64,000 nucleotides of DNA from Syntrophaceae bacterium (GTDB lineage: Bacteria; Desulfobacterota; BSN033; UBA1163): contig JACAEX010000080.1 of NCBI GenBank assembly GCA_013388635.1, positions 5,803 to 69,802 of the forward strand, read 5' to 3'. Shown here in pieces: positions 53,177 to 63,294 of this stretch. A program made the position numbers and the translations under genes. The notes under the pieces were generated by a model. That model was not told the DNA's origin. It did no database searches and saw only the letters and a program-made list of their open reading frames with translations. Numbering within the stretch: position 1 is the stretch's first letter; every line of letters starts with the position of its first letter.

Positions 53177-53973
53177 AAGAGATCAGGGCGATCCTCGTGG
53201 GAGCAGCGGGGAGGATGGGGGCAAGGCTTGTTCATATCATCCAGGAGACAGCCGGGATAAAACTCTTTCGAGCGATTGAGCGGCCGGACCATCCCTCGAT
53301 CGGAAAGGATATCGGAGAGATCGTTGGCCTTGGAAATTTAGGGATTCCACTGGAGGGGAGGTTGAGAGAAGGAGGCGATGTGATCATCAATTTCAGCAGT
53401 CCTCAGGCCTCCTTAGAAAGTCTGGAGTTTGCCAACCAGGCAGGTCTGGCCATTGTGATCGGTACCACAGGCTTAAGTCCGGAGCAGATGGAGAGGGTGA
53501 GGGAGCTTTCGAAAGGCACACGCTGCGTCATGGCGCCCAATATGAGCGTCGGGATGAATGTGATGTTTCGCATCGTTCAGGAGATCGCCCGAGTGTTGGG
53601 CCCGGATTATGATATTGAAATCCTGGAGGCCCATCATCGTTTGAAGAAGGATTCTCCGAGCGGGACAGCCGTAAGGCTGGGAGAATTGATTGCCAGCGCC
53701 CTCGACAGAGACTTTGGAAAGGTGGGTGTTTATGGAAGAAAGGGCATGGTTGGTGAACGAAAAAGGGAGGAGATCGGGATGCAGGTGATCCGGGCAGGCG
53801 ATATCGTCGGAGAACACACGGTCCTCTTCGGAGGGATCGGAGAGCGTCTGGAGATCACCCACCGTGCTCACAGCCGGGACAACTTTGCTCGCGGGGCAGT
53901 GAGGGCTGCCCTCTGGGTGGTCGGCCAGCCCAACGGCCTTTATGACATGCAGGATGTGTTGGGATTGAGATAG
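53173..53973 (+). CDS. dapB: 4-hydroxy-tetrahydrodipicolinate reductase
   Basis: Start at ATG 53173 (MKEIRAILVGAAGRMG), with an ATGA overlap with dapF. E(L/A)HH motif (LEAHHRLKKDSPSGTA). Confidence 0.9.
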   Translation: MKEIRAILVGAAGRMGARLVHIIQETAGIKLFRAIERPDHPSIGKDIGEIVGLGNLGIPLEGRLREGGDVIINFSSPQASLESLEFANQAGLAIVIGTTGLSPEQMERVRELSKGTRCVMAPNMSVGMNVMFRIVQEIARVLGPDYDIEILEAHHRLKKDSPSGTAVRLGELIASALDRDFGKVGVYGRKGMVGERKREEIGMQVIRAGDIVGEHTVLFGGIGERLEITHRAHSRDNFARGAVRAALWVVGQPNGLYDMQDVLGLR

Positions 53974-54032
53974 ATGAGACGATGTCAAATCTCAAATTTT
54001 TTGCCTCGCCTTTGGCGGGATAGGCGGGAGTT

Positions 54033-55304
54033 TCACTGTGGAGATTTTTCAGGGGTTTCCTCAGAGAGGAGCCTATCGACCAGCTGGATGGGGTGGAGAA
54101 CGGTGATCTGATCGCTTTCGTCCATATTGCCGCTGATGGTGACGCGGCAGCCCGGACATCCGGTGACCACGATGGAGGCCCCTGTCTCACGAATGTTCTT
54201 GATCTTGTTCGCCGTGATCCCTTTGGAGACATCGGGAAAATCGAACTGAAAGGATCCGCCTCCGCCGCAGCAGACATTGGCATCCTTCATTTCAACAAAC
54301 TCCACCCCGGGCAGCGCCTTCAGGATCTTTCGAGGGGCCTGGCTCACTCCCTGGGCACGGACCAGGTGGCAGGGGTCGTGATAGGTGACCCGGATCTTCG
54401 GTCGATTCCGGTCTTTGCGAAACGGAAGCAGGTCTATCCGTTCTGCCACGTACTCCAGGACATCGAGCGTTTTCCCCTTAAGGATTTCGGCCTTTGAAGT
54501 GTCCATCCCTTTACGCCTGAGCAGGGCGATGTACTCTTTCTTAAAGGCAGCCCCGCAGGTGGCACAGTCGACCAGGACTGCATCGAGGTCTTCCCGTGCC
54601 AGGGTTGAGATGTTCTTCTCCACGCTCTTCATCGGAATCTCTTCCTCTCCGGAGAGGATCGCGGCAACGCCGCAGCAGTCCTGGCCGGATGGGATCTCGA
54701 TCTCCAGGTGGAGCCTCTTCAGTACATTGACCACGGCCTGGCCCACCTCCTCTGCAAAGTAATTCGTAAAGCAGCCGGTGAAGTAATAGACCCGGCCTCT
54801 GACCTCGCCTTCGGGCAGGACCAGGCCGTTGAAGCGGTCCCGGAATGGTTTTGGATTGACCCTGGGCAATCTTTCAACCGGGATATTTCCCAACCGCATG
54901 CCCTTGGCAAAGGTCTCAAGCAGCCAGTTTCGGCCAAGCCTTGCCAAGACAGAGGTCGAGTGAAGAAGTTTCTCGTTTGTCAGTAATTTATAGATAAGAC
55001 GCTTCTTCCAGTTCAGCCCGTATGTCTTGACCAGTTCGGTCCTTAAATCGGTAAAGACATGGTCGTGCTGGACTCCGCTCGGACAGTTGACCACGCAATT
55101 CTCACAGAGAAGGCAGGTGAGGAGGATCTCTTTGAATCGCGGAGAGAGCTCCATCCCGCCCTCTAAGTAACTCTTCACTAGCTGGACTTTACCCCTCGGG
55201 CTGGCCGCCTCCATCAGAAGTTGCTGGTAGACCGGACAGGCTGAAATGCAGAGCCCGCATTTATTACAGCGGTAGACCAGGTCTTTGGTTTCTTGTAGAT
55301 CCAT
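54033..55304 (-). CDS. (Fe-S)-binding subunit of FAD-linked oxidase (GlcF/LutA-like; 2x4Fe-4S plus two CCG domains)
   Basis: CxxCxxCxxxCP x2 near the N-terminus and two cysteine-rich CCG-type domains (CCGGGG...). Confidence 0.8.
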   Translation of the reverse strand: MDLQETKDLVYRCNKCGLCISACPVYQQLLMEAASPRGKVQLVKSYLEGGMELSPRFKEILLTCLLCENCVVNCPSGVQHDHVFTDLRTELVKTYGLNWKKRLIYKLLTNEKLLHSTSVLARLGRNWLLETFAKGMRLGNIPVERLPRVNPKPFRDRFNGLVLPEGEVRGRVYYFTGCFTNYFAEEVGQAVVNVLKRLHLEIEIPSGQDCCGVAAILSGEEEIPMKSVEKNISTLAREDLDAVLVDCATCGAAFKKEYIALLRRKGMDTSKAEILKGKTLDVLEYVAERIDLLPFRKDRNRPKIRVTYHDPCHLVRAQGVSQAPRKILKALPGVEFVEMKDANVCCGGGGSFQFDFPDVSKGITANKIKNIRETGASIVVTGCPGCRVTISGNMDESDQITVLHPIQLVDRLLSEETPEKSPQ

Positions 55305-55323
55305 CCATTACTCCAAAAGCGGT

Positions 55324-56706
55324 TCAGACGATTCGGACGACCTTGTCAGGATTGAGGATATTGAAGGGATCAAATGCCTTTTTCAGAGTTCGAGTGATCT
55401 CCATCGCTACCTCACCTATTTCATAGGGAAGGATCTCCCTCTTGGCGATCCCAATGCCATGTTCTCCGGTCAGGGTTCCGCCTAACTCCACAGCCTTGAT
55501 CGAAATCTCATCGATCGCCTTGACCACCCTTTCCATCTCTTCCTTATTCCGGATATCGGTCAGGATCTGGGGATGGAGGTTTCCATCTCCGGCATGGGCC
55601 ACGATCGGGATCAAGAGGTTATATTTCCGGGCGATCTTGGCCACCTCCTGAAACATGTCGACCAGCTTCGTGACCGGGACTGTACAGTCCTCTGCAATTG
55701 CAGTCGGCCTCAATCTCGCCTCAGCCCCGTAAGCCGATCGCCTCGCCCTCCAGATCTCCTCGTTCTCCTCTGCGGTCTTGGCGACCTTAATCTCATGGGC
55801 TCCCATCTCCCGGCAGAGTTTGGTCAGCCTTTCTGCCTGGTCGATGACGCCGGCCTCGGGTCCATCGACCTCGATCAGAAGCAGGGCTTCGGCCTCTCGG
55901 GGAAGACCGATGTGCGTATAGTCTTCGATAATGTTGATAAATACCTTGTCCAGAAGCTCCAGGGCAACCGGAAGGATCCCTCTCTCGAGGACCTTCACCA
56001 CGGTCTGCCCGGCATCGCTCAGATTCTTGTAGGCTGCCTGCAAGGTCCTCCGAGACTCAGGAAGGGGCAGAAGTTTGAGCGTGATCTCTGTGATCAGGCC
56101 CAGGGTTCCTTCAGAACCACAGAAGAGCTGGGTCAGATTGTATCCGGTCACATTCTTGATCGTCTTTCCACCTGTGTGCAGGATTTGACCCGAGGCTAAG
56201 ACGACCTCCAGACCGAGGAGGTAATCCTTGGTCACACCGTACTTCACGGCCCTGGGCCCGCCTGCATTTTCTGCCACGTTTCCTCCCATGGTCGTGACCG
56301 CCATGCTCCCAGGGTCAGGCGGATAGTAGAGGCCGTATTTGGTCAGCTCCTTCTGAAATTCCATATTGACCACACCGGGCTGCAACACGGCCACCCGATT
56401 CTCCTTATCGATGTCGAGGATCTTGTTCATCTTCGTGAAGCAGAGGACAATCCCTCCCTGTGTCGGTACAGATCCGCCTGTCAGGTTCGTTCCTGCTCCC
56501 CGGGCCGTGACCGGGATCCTCTCCCGAGAGGCCACCTTCATGATCTTTGAGACCTCTTCTGTTGTGATCGGAAGAAGGACGACCTCCGGTTGGGCCTGGA
56601 CCATGAAGGCATCATAGGAATAGAGCATCAGGTCTTCCTTGTTATCCAGGTACCTCCCGTCTCCCACAATAGCCCGGAGTTCCTTCTTGACCTCTTTGCC
56701 AATCAT
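55324..56706 (-). CDS. FAD-binding oxidoreductase (GlcD / D-lactate dehydrogenase-like)
   Basis: FAD-binding PCMH domain (RGAGTNLTGG) and the VAO-type C-domain. The start at ATG 56706 (MIGKEV) has a GGGAGG RBS. The tracked start is 56718. Confidence 0.8.
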   Translation of the reverse strand: MIGKEVKKELRAIVGDGRYLDNKEDLMLYSYDAFMVQAQPEVVLLPITTEEVSKIMKVASRERIPVTARGAGTNLTGGSVPTQGGIVLCFTKMNKILDIDKENRVAVLQPGVVNMEFQKELTKYGLYYPPDPGSMAVTTMGGNVAENAGGPRAVKYGVTKDYLLGLEVVLASGQILHTGGKTIKNVTGYNLTQLFCGSEGTLGLITEITLKLLPLPESRRTLQAAYKNLSDAGQTVVKVLERGILPVALELLDKVFINIIEDYTHIGLPREAEALLLIEVDGPEAGVIDQAERLTKLCREMGAHEIKVAKTAEENEEIWRARRSAYGAEARLRPTAIAEDCTVPVTKLVDMFQEVAKIARKYNLLIPIVAHAGDGNLHPQILTDIRNKEEMERVVKAIDEISIKAVELGGTLTGEHGIGIAKREILPYEIGEVAMEITRTLKKAFDPFNILNPDKVVRIV

Positions 56707-56740
56707 AAAACCTCCCATCCGCCGCTCCCGGCCTGATCCG

Positions 56741-57967
56741 CTACTTTTTCTCCTTCTTCACCTCATTGACGATCTTCTTGAACTCACTCTCCTTCAGCGT
56801 TCTCTTCAGATCATGGGCCTTGAGTTTCACCCGTCTCAGGACCTCCATGCTTTCCTCTTCGGTCAGGTTGATCCCTAACTTCGCAGACCAGATTAAGATG
56901 TTATCGATCCCGCTCTTCTTGCCCATCAGGATCTCTGGTTTTTTGTGTCCGACGAAATCAGGCCGAACAGGATAGACCGTCGTCGGATCTTTCTCAAAGA
57001 CATTTCTGAACCACCCGGTGACGATCCCGGACTCGATGTTATAGGCCCCCTCTCCGATGAAGGGACGGTTGGCCGGAACGGCTGTGCCTGAGAGTTTCTG
57101 TACCAGCTCGGAGAGCTCGTTGAGCTTGCCGTAGTTGATCCCCACATCGATATTGTACATCGTGAGCAGGGCCAGGGCGGTCTCCTCCATGGGCGTGTTG
57201 CCAGCTCGCTCTCCGATCCCGGTCACGGTGGAATGAATCACTTCAGCGCCGGCCAGGACGGCCATGATGGTGTTTGCCACGCCGAGGCCAAAGTCGGAGT
57301 GGAAATGGATCTCCAGGGGTTTGGAGACCCTCTCTTTGACCTTCTTGGTGAAGTAGCTTGCGCCGTGAGGCGAGAGCACCCCAAAGGTGTCGACCAGCGT
57401 GAAGGCATCCATATGGCCTTCCTTGGATACGCGGTCGATCAGGTCAAGCAACCAGTTCATCTCCGTCCTCGTTCCGTCGATGGTGAAGAAGACCGTGTAG
57501 AGTCCCTGCTCCCTGGCATAGGCCGTGGCCTTGATGGAGAGGTCGATCGCCTTTTCGAGAGGCCACTTGTAGGCGTGTTCGATCAGGTGGGCGCTGGCAG
57601 GGATCTCGATCACAATCCCTCGGACGCCACAATCAACCGCCCTTTTCACATCGTCCACCATGCAACGGCAGAAACAGAAGATCTCTGGACCGAGGTCTCG
57701 CTTGACGATCTCCTTGATCGCCGCCTCATCGAGCGGTGAGACAGCGGGCATGCCCGCCTCAATTCGATGCACGCCTGCCTCTGCCAGTTTTTCAGCGATT
57801 CGGATCTTGTCGTCCTTGGTAAAGGTGATCCCGGCCTGTTGTTCACCGTCCCGTAGGGTAATATCGTGGATCTTCACCCTCTTGGGCGGATGAAAATCTT
57901 TGGTCATCTCCTCCACGTAATTCCAGGGGCTGACAAACCAGTTTTCCGTTTTCCAGGGTGTGCTCAT
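56741..57967 (-). CDS. HMGL-like (pyruvate carboxyltransferase) family: 2-isopropylmalate/homocitrate/citramalate synthase-type enzyme
   Basis: DxxLRDGEQ motif (HDITLRDGEQQAG) and HxH metal site (IHFHSDFG). Start at the internal ATG 57967 with a GGAGGAG RBS. Confidence 0.75.
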   Translation of the reverse strand: MSTPWKTENWFVSPWNYVEEMTKDFHPPKRVKIHDITLRDGEQQAGITFTKDDKIRIAEKLAEAGVHRIEAGMPAVSPLDEAAIKEIVKRDLGPEIFCFCRCMVDDVKRAVDCGVRGIVIEIPASAHLIEHAYKWPLEKAIDLSIKATAYAREQGLYTVFFTIDGTRTEMNWLLDLIDRVSKEGHMDAFTLVDTFGVLSPHGASYFTKKVKERVSKPLEIHFHSDFGLGVANTIMAVLAGAEVIHSTVTGIGERAGNTPMEETALALLTMYNIDVGINYGKLNELSELVQKLSGTAVPANRPFIGEGAYNIESGIVTGWFRNVFEKDPTTVYPVRPDFVGHKKPEILMGKKSGIDNILIWSAKLGINLTEEESMEVLRRVKLKAHDLKRTLKESEFKKIVNEVKKEKK

Positions 57968-58070
57968 CTGCTTTCTCCTCCCTTTGTATGAAAAGTTTCT
58001 ATTTAAACTATAACCCAACCTGAGCGATTCAGCATCTCTGAGGGAGAGCAGACATTCTAATCCGTTTACC

Positions 58071-59426
58071 TCATCGGAGATCGCTCCGGGTCACAAATCT
58101 TCCCCATCCCGGTTCTCCGATCACCTCTCCCTCCTGCATGACGATTTTCCCACGGACCATGGTCATCACCACATCTCCTGTAATTTCCCTTCCGTGGTAT
58201 GGCGTCCAGCCGCATTTGGAGACAACCTTTGAGTTATCCAGGACCCTCTTGCGTCTCATGTCGACAAAGATCAGGTCCGCGTCGCAGCCGACCGAAAGAG
58301 ATCCTTTCTGACCTGTCAAGCCGTAGATCGCCGCAGGCCTTTCGCTCCGGACACGGACGACCTGGGAGATCGTGATTCTCCCATGAGCCACGCCGTCCAA
58401 GAGGAGCGGGGTGACGGTCTCCACGCCCGGGATGCCGAACGGCGCTGACCAGATATCGTTCCAGCCTCCCTCCTTTTCAGAGGCGGGATAGGGGCAATGA
58501 TCCGAGTTGACCATATCGATCAGGCCTTGAGCCAGGCACTTCCACATCCTCTCCATCTCTTCCCTCTTCCGGGGCGGAGGTGTAAATTTGACAAAAGGCC
58601 CTTTTGTCCTGAAGTCCTCTTCAGTTAAGGTGAGGTACTGCGCACAGGTCTCTGTGTAGATCGGAACCCCCTGAACCCGGGCCTGAGCCATCTGCTCTGC
58701 GAGAGAGGGAAGGCTCGTATGGGCAACGGCCACGCGCGCACCGGTCTGCTTCGCAACATAGATCAGGGTCTGAACAGATAGCTCCTCTGCCTCCGGACAT
58801 CTCCATTCCGGGATCAGTTGAGGATCCTTTCTCCCCTGTCTTCGGAGCTGCTCCTCCCTCTTCTTGAGAAGGGAGTCCTCCTCGCAGTGGAAGAGGGCGA
58901 TCCCGTTGAATCGCCGGATCTCGGTGAGGATCTCCATCAGGTGGCCGGGCAGGATCGCATCAGCCTCGTGCACGGCACAGGTGTACCCTTTGAAACCCAG
59001 GGCACCTGCCTCCCACATTCCGCGCAATGCCTCCAGATTGGTATAGTTCAGACCTCCCAAGAGCCCGAAGTCCACCACCGCCCGTTTCTGCAGATGGTCT
59101 CTCTTCTCCAGCAGCTCTTTCGCACCGAAGATCTCAGGAATGGTTCGATGGTGATCGATCACCATGGTCACGCCGCCTCGAGCGGCTGCCCTGGTCCCTG
59201 TTGTAAAATCCTCCCGCTCCGTATAACCAGGGTCCATCATGTGGACATGTCCATCAATAGCCCCGGGAAGGACGTAAAGTCCCTTCGCATCGATGATTTC
59301 CCGGGGTCGCTCTTTTAGGGATTGCGCAATCCCCACAATCCTTCCCTGGTCGATATAGAGAACTCCGGGATAGATCCTTTGTGAATCGACCAGGAGTCCA
59401 TTGGTCACGGCGAGATCGAGGCTCAT
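58071..59426 (-). CDS. cyclic amidohydrolase (dihydroorotase/dihydropyrimidinase/allantoinase family)
   Basis: HxH motif (IDGHVHM) and a later MVIDHHRT. 451 aa. Confidence 0.75.
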   Translation of the reverse strand: MSLDLAVTNGLLVDSQRIYPGVLYIDQGRIVGIAQSLKERPREIIDAKGLYVLPGAIDGHVHMMDPGYTEREDFTTGTRAAARGGVTMVIDHHRTIPEIFGAKELLEKRDHLQKRAVVDFGLLGGLNYTNLEALRGMWEAGALGFKGYTCAVHEADAILPGHLMEILTEIRRFNGIALFHCEEDSLLKKREEQLRRQGRKDPQLIPEWRCPEAEELSVQTLIYVAKQTGARVAVAHTSLPSLAEQMAQARVQGVPIYTETCAQYLTLTEEDFRTKGPFVKFTPPPRKREEMERMWKCLAQGLIDMVNSDHCPYPASEKEGGWNDIWSAPFGIPGVETVTPLLLDGVAHGRITISQVVRVRSERPAAIYGLTGQKGSLSVGCDADLIFVDMRRKRVLDNSKVVSKCGWTPYHGREITGDVVMTMVRGKIVMQEGEVIGEPGWGRFVTRSDLR

Positions 59427-59480
59427 CTTCTTATCTCTCCTTTCTGGTGGAGATTCTGATCGGTCTCTTCAAATCCAAAA

Positions 59481-60329
59481 TCATCTCTTCCGGTGGGCCT
59501 GAAACGAGGCCATCACGATCGCAGAGACCTTCTTGGCCCTGATCCCTAATCTTTCAAGGGCGAGGAGGCTCAGTTCTTCGAGAGGGGCTGATGGAGGAAG
59601 CTCTCTCTCCAGATCTGAAACGATTTCGTCGATCCGCTTGATATAGCGAAGGCCATCTTCCATCACTTTGTAGATCTGATCGCCTGAGATGGGATCGTGC
59701 CAGGAGGAGAAGAGATATTTCACCCCGGACACCTTCTGTAACTTTTCGATAGATCGGATCGAGGCCTTTGGGTCTGCATAAATAGGCAAAGCGCCAGCAG
59801 CCGGGATCGCATCTCCGGAAAAGAGCGCCCCTTCTTCTTCGTCAAGAAAGGAGACCGCACCCAAGGAATGTCCGGGCGTCTCCAGGACCCTGATCGTCTT
59901 TCCCTCGTCCCATGGGATCACGTCCCCTTCTCTCAGATCCCGGCTGATCGGGACAGGACCTTCCACCAGCTCAAAGAAATTGAGGATGGGCCTCTCCTGG
60001 TGCTGTTTCTTCACATCCTCGATCCATGGCCTATCTACGGGATGAGCGGCAAAAGAGGCCTGGGAATTTTTCTTAATCCCGAGACACCCGCCGATATGGT
60101 CAGGATGGGCATGGGTGAGGAGGACCATGGAGATCTCCTCTGGAGATCGGTTCATCTTTCTGATGTAGTCGAGGAGCGTGGAGCTTGAAGAGGCCACGCC
60201 TGTATCGATCAGGCAGATCTTTTTCCCGAAGAGGATGTAAGAATAGACCGAGCGATCCGCATAGAGCCCTTCGCCCACGGATAGCCGAAAGTGATGTTTG
60301 AGGGCGTGAATCGTGTCGGTGATTTTCAT
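59481..60329 (-). CDS. MBL-fold metallo-hydrolase
   Basis: HxHxDH motif (THAHPDHIGG) and a downstream His. Confidence 0.75.
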   Translation of the reverse strand: MKITDTIHALKHHFRLSVGEGLYADRSVYSYILFGKKICLIDTGVASSSSTLLDYIRKMNRSPEEISMVLLTHAHPDHIGGCLGIKKNSQASFAAHPVDRPWIEDVKKQHQERPILNFFELVEGPVPISRDLREGDVIPWDEGKTIRVLETPGHSLGAVSFLDEEEGALFSGDAIPAAGALPIYADPKASIRSIEKLQKVSGVKYLFSSWHDPISGDQIYKVMEDGLRYIKRIDEIVSDLERELPPSAPLEELSLLALERLGIRAKKVSAIVMASFQAHRKR

Positions 60330-60384
60330 CTCTTGATCTCCTTATCCCCACCGGTGATGAGAATCCCTCTCTTCAGGTTGTGAA

Positions 60385-61080
60385 TCAGACTCCGAGGTAA
60401 CGCTCCTTGATCTCACGGTTTTCCCAGAGTTCCTGGGGCGTAGAGGAATGGACGATTTTCCCCTTGCTCATCACATGGGTGTAGTCCGCAAATTTTATGG
60501 CAAAGGAGAGGTTCTGTTCGACCAGAAAGATCGACAGGCCCTCTCCTTTGAGCTGCCGGATTGCATCGCCCACCTCACGGACCAGGACCGGTGCCAGACC
60601 CTCTGTGGGTTCGTCCATCAGCAGGAAGATCGGATTGGATATCAGGGCCCTGGCAATGGCCAGCATCTGCTGTTCCCCGCCGCTCAGTTCGTTTCCCCGA
60701 TGCCGATCCCTTTCCCTGAGACGGGGGAAGAGAGCGAAGACCTTTTCAAAGTCCCAGGCCTGGCTGCCCGAGGTCCGTGCAGCAATGGCCAGGTTCTCTT
60801 TCACGGTCAGCGAGGGGAATATCCGTCTCCCCTGGGGAACGAGTCCCATACGGAGGCGGATGATCTTATATGAAGACAGGCGGGTGATATCCATCTCGTT
60901 GAAGAGGATTTGGCCTCTTCGGGCTGGCGTAAATCCGACGATCGATCTGATCAGAGTGGTCTTCCCAACGCCGTTTCGGCCGAGAAGGGCGACCACCGTC
61001 CCTTTGGCAACCTCGAGGCTGATCCCCTGGAGGACGTAGCTATCTCCGTAGTAGGTGTGGATATCGATGACCCTTAGCAT
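60385..61080 (-). CDS. livF: branched-chain amino acid ABC transporter ATP-binding protein (LivF-like)
   Basis: Walker A (GRNGVGKTT), ABC signature (LSGGEQQ) and Walker B (LLMDEPT). Confidence 0.85.
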   Translation of the reverse strand: MLRVIDIHTYYGDSYVLQGISLEVAKGTVVALLGRNGVGKTTLIRSIVGFTPARRGQILFNEMDITRLSSYKIIRLRMGLVPQGRRIFPSLTVKENLAIAARTSGSQAWDFEKVFALFPRLRERDRHRGNELSGGEQQMLAIARALISNPIFLLMDEPTEGLAPVLVREVGDAIRQLKGEGLSIFLVEQNLSFAIKFADYTHVMSKGKIVHSSTPQELWENREIKERYLGV

Positions 61081-61085
61081 ACGCC

Positions 61086-61883
61086 TTACTCCGCGCCCAG
61101 GTAGATCTCCTGGACGGTAGGATTATTCCTGATCTCCTCCTTTGTCCCTTCGGCAAGAAATTTTCCTTGATAGAGGACCGTTATCTTTTCTGCGAACTCA
61201 AAGGCCACGTCCATGTCGTGTTCGATCAACAGAATGGTGATCTTTGGATCCAATCTCTTCAGCAGAAGGGTCAGCGCATGGGTTTCTGCTGAAGAGAGCC
61301 CTGCGGCCGGCTCGTCGAGAAGAAGGAGGTGAGGCTTTCCCGCAAGGGCAATGGCGACCTCGATCTGTCTCTGATCCCCGTGGGAGAGATTCTTGACCAG
61401 CTCGTTCCGTTTATCCCAGAGGTCAAATTCTTTCAAAAGTTGGTCGCACCGATCCCTGAGGTGGTGATAAGAGGTGACGGGTCGGAACATCACAAATTTG
61501 GTCCGGCTCAAGGCCTGGCAGGCCATCAGGATATTTTCCGCCACGGTCAGGTTCGGAAAGAGATTGGTGATTTGATACGTCCTCGCAATCCCTAATGCTG
61601 CCCGACGATAGGGAGGGAGTTTGCTCACATCCTTCTGGAAGAAGAGGATCCTCCCCTCTGTGGCTGGATAGACTCCGCTGATCATATTGAAGAGCGTGGT
61701 CTTGCCTGCGCCGTTCGGGCCCATCAGGACCCGCCTCTCTCCTTGCTCGATCGTCAGATTGACCCCGTCCACCGCCCGGAGGCCACCGAAATCCTTTGAG
61801 AGGTTCTCAATCACCAGACACGGCACAGAATCCTTCACAAAGAGAGTACAGTCCTTTTTCTCATCTGTTTCAGTTTTGGCCAT
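61086..61883 (-). CDS. livG: branched-chain amino acid ABC transporter ATP-binding protein (LivG-like)
   Basis: Walker A (GPNGAGKTT), LSHGDQRQ signature and LLLLDEPAAG. Confidence 0.85.
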   Translation of the reverse strand: MAKTETDEKKDCTLFVKDSVPCLVIENLSKDFGGLRAVDGVNLTIEQGERRVLMGPNGAGKTTLFNMISGVYPATEGRILFFQKDVSKLPPYRRAALGIARTYQITNLFPNLTVAENILMACQALSRTKFVMFRPVTSYHHLRDRCDQLLKEFDLWDKRNELVKNLSHGDQRQIEVAIALAGKPHLLLLDEPAAGLSSAETHALTLLLKRLDPKITILLIEHDMDVAFEFAEKITVLYQGKFLAEGTKEEIRNNPTVQEIYLGAE

Positions 61884-61992
61884 CGATCATCACTTCTCCA
61901 CGAGGCATCTGAGATCTGAACGCTTCGTCACTCTTCAGTCCCATCTTTTTAGGGCGTGGGAGGAGTTCGATCTCCCCCACGCCAGCCTTTCA

Positions 61993-63237
61993 CTAAGGTT
62001 TGAGCGGAGGAAATTCCCTTGAGTAGACAGGCTGTTTCAGGAACTCCTCGGGTTTGTACTTCCAGAACTGCGAGACGTTCGGATAGGTATAGATGACAGT
62101 GTTCTGAAGTTCGCCGCGAACCCTCTCCACCTTGCGGATATAGACATTTTGAATCGGATTCCCATAATCATCCAGCCTGAAATTCCCCCGGGGGACATCC
62201 CTGAGCTCAACCTTTCTCAAGGCTTCCATGAACTTGGGCCTGTTCTCGACGTCTCCGTTGATCGCCTTGATCGCCTCGATAATCCATCTGGCTCCGGTGT
62301 ACGTTCCCTCCGAGTAGTAGGAAGCCGCCTTCTTTGCCTTTTCACGGAAGGCCTTGACAAACTTTTTGTTGGCCGGGTTATCCAGAACCTCGCTGTAATG
62401 AAGGGCTGTTATGATCCCTATGGCCTCATCTCCCATGGATGGAAGCGCATGCTCATCCGTTGTCGTTCCTCCTCCGATCAGAGGAAGTCTTCCTTTGAGA
62501 CCAAACTCCTGATACTGTTTGGTGAACTGAAGCGCGGACCGACCGGTGAACATGGCGTAGACCGCATCCGCTTCCTTGGAGATCTGTGCGAGGTAGGGAC
62601 TGAAATCGGTGACGGTCAAGGGGATCCATATCTTCTGGATGATCTTTCCTCCTGCTTCCTCAAAGGTCTTCTGGAAGCCTCCTACATTCTCCCAACCAAA
62701 GGCATAGTCTAAGGACATCGTGGCGATCTTCCTGAATTTCAGGACGTTGTAGGCATACTCTCCAAAAGGGTGGTTTGGCTGGCTGCTGTTCCAGCCTGTC
62801 CGGACAATCCATTTGGCCCTCTGCCGCTGGGTGAGGTCATCCGGAGCCATGATCGGATAGGTCATGGGGATCTCCTTGGAGTCGATATAAGGAGCGAGGG
62901 CATAGCCGGTGGAGGCCATCAAACCTCCGGACATGACATGGACCCCGTCCTTTTCCACTAACTTTCTCGTCTTCGTAAGGCCTGTCGCAGGAGTGGCCTC
63001 GTCGTCCTCGACAAAGAGCTCGATCTTGCGGCCTGCTACCTGGTAGCCGATCTCTTCAAGGTAGAGCTGGAAACCTGCTAACATGTCCTTTCCATTTGCC
63101 GCCATACCACCCGATAGGGGTGTGATAAATCCAATCTTGATCGGACCCCTGGCCTGAGCCCAAGGGGTCGAAGGGTTCAGTGCGATTAGGCTTCCCAGAA
63201 CCATAGCCAAAAATACCCAGAACAGAACCTTTCTCAT
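61993..63237 (-). CDS. ABC transporter substrate-binding protein (LivK/LivJ family)
   Basis: 414 aa with a signal peptide. Type I periplasmic binding fold. GGAGGAG RBS. Confidence 0.85.
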   Translation of the reverse strand: MRKVLFWVFLAMVLGSLIALNPSTPWAQARGPIKIGFITPLSGGMAANGKDMLAGFQLYLEEIGYQVAGRKIELFVEDDEATPATGLTKTRKLVEKDGVHVMSGGLMASTGYALAPYIDSKEIPMTYPIMAPDDLTQRQRAKWIVRTGWNSSQPNHPFGEYAYNVLKFRKIATMSLDYAFGWENVGGFQKTFEEAGGKIIQKIWIPLTVTDFSPYLAQISKEADAVYAMFTGRSALQFTKQYQEFGLKGRLPLIGGGTTTDEHALPSMGDEAIGIITALHYSEVLDNPANKKFVKAFREKAKKAASYYSEGTYTGARWIIEAIKAINGDVENRPKFMEALRKVELRDVPRGNFRLDDYGNPIQNVYIRKVERVRGELQNTVIYTYPNVSQFWKYKPEEFLKQPVYSREFPPLKP

Positions 63238-63294
63238 AATCTCCTCCTCATATAATATATTTGGAAAATGAGCATAGGCGTAGCGCCTACTCTT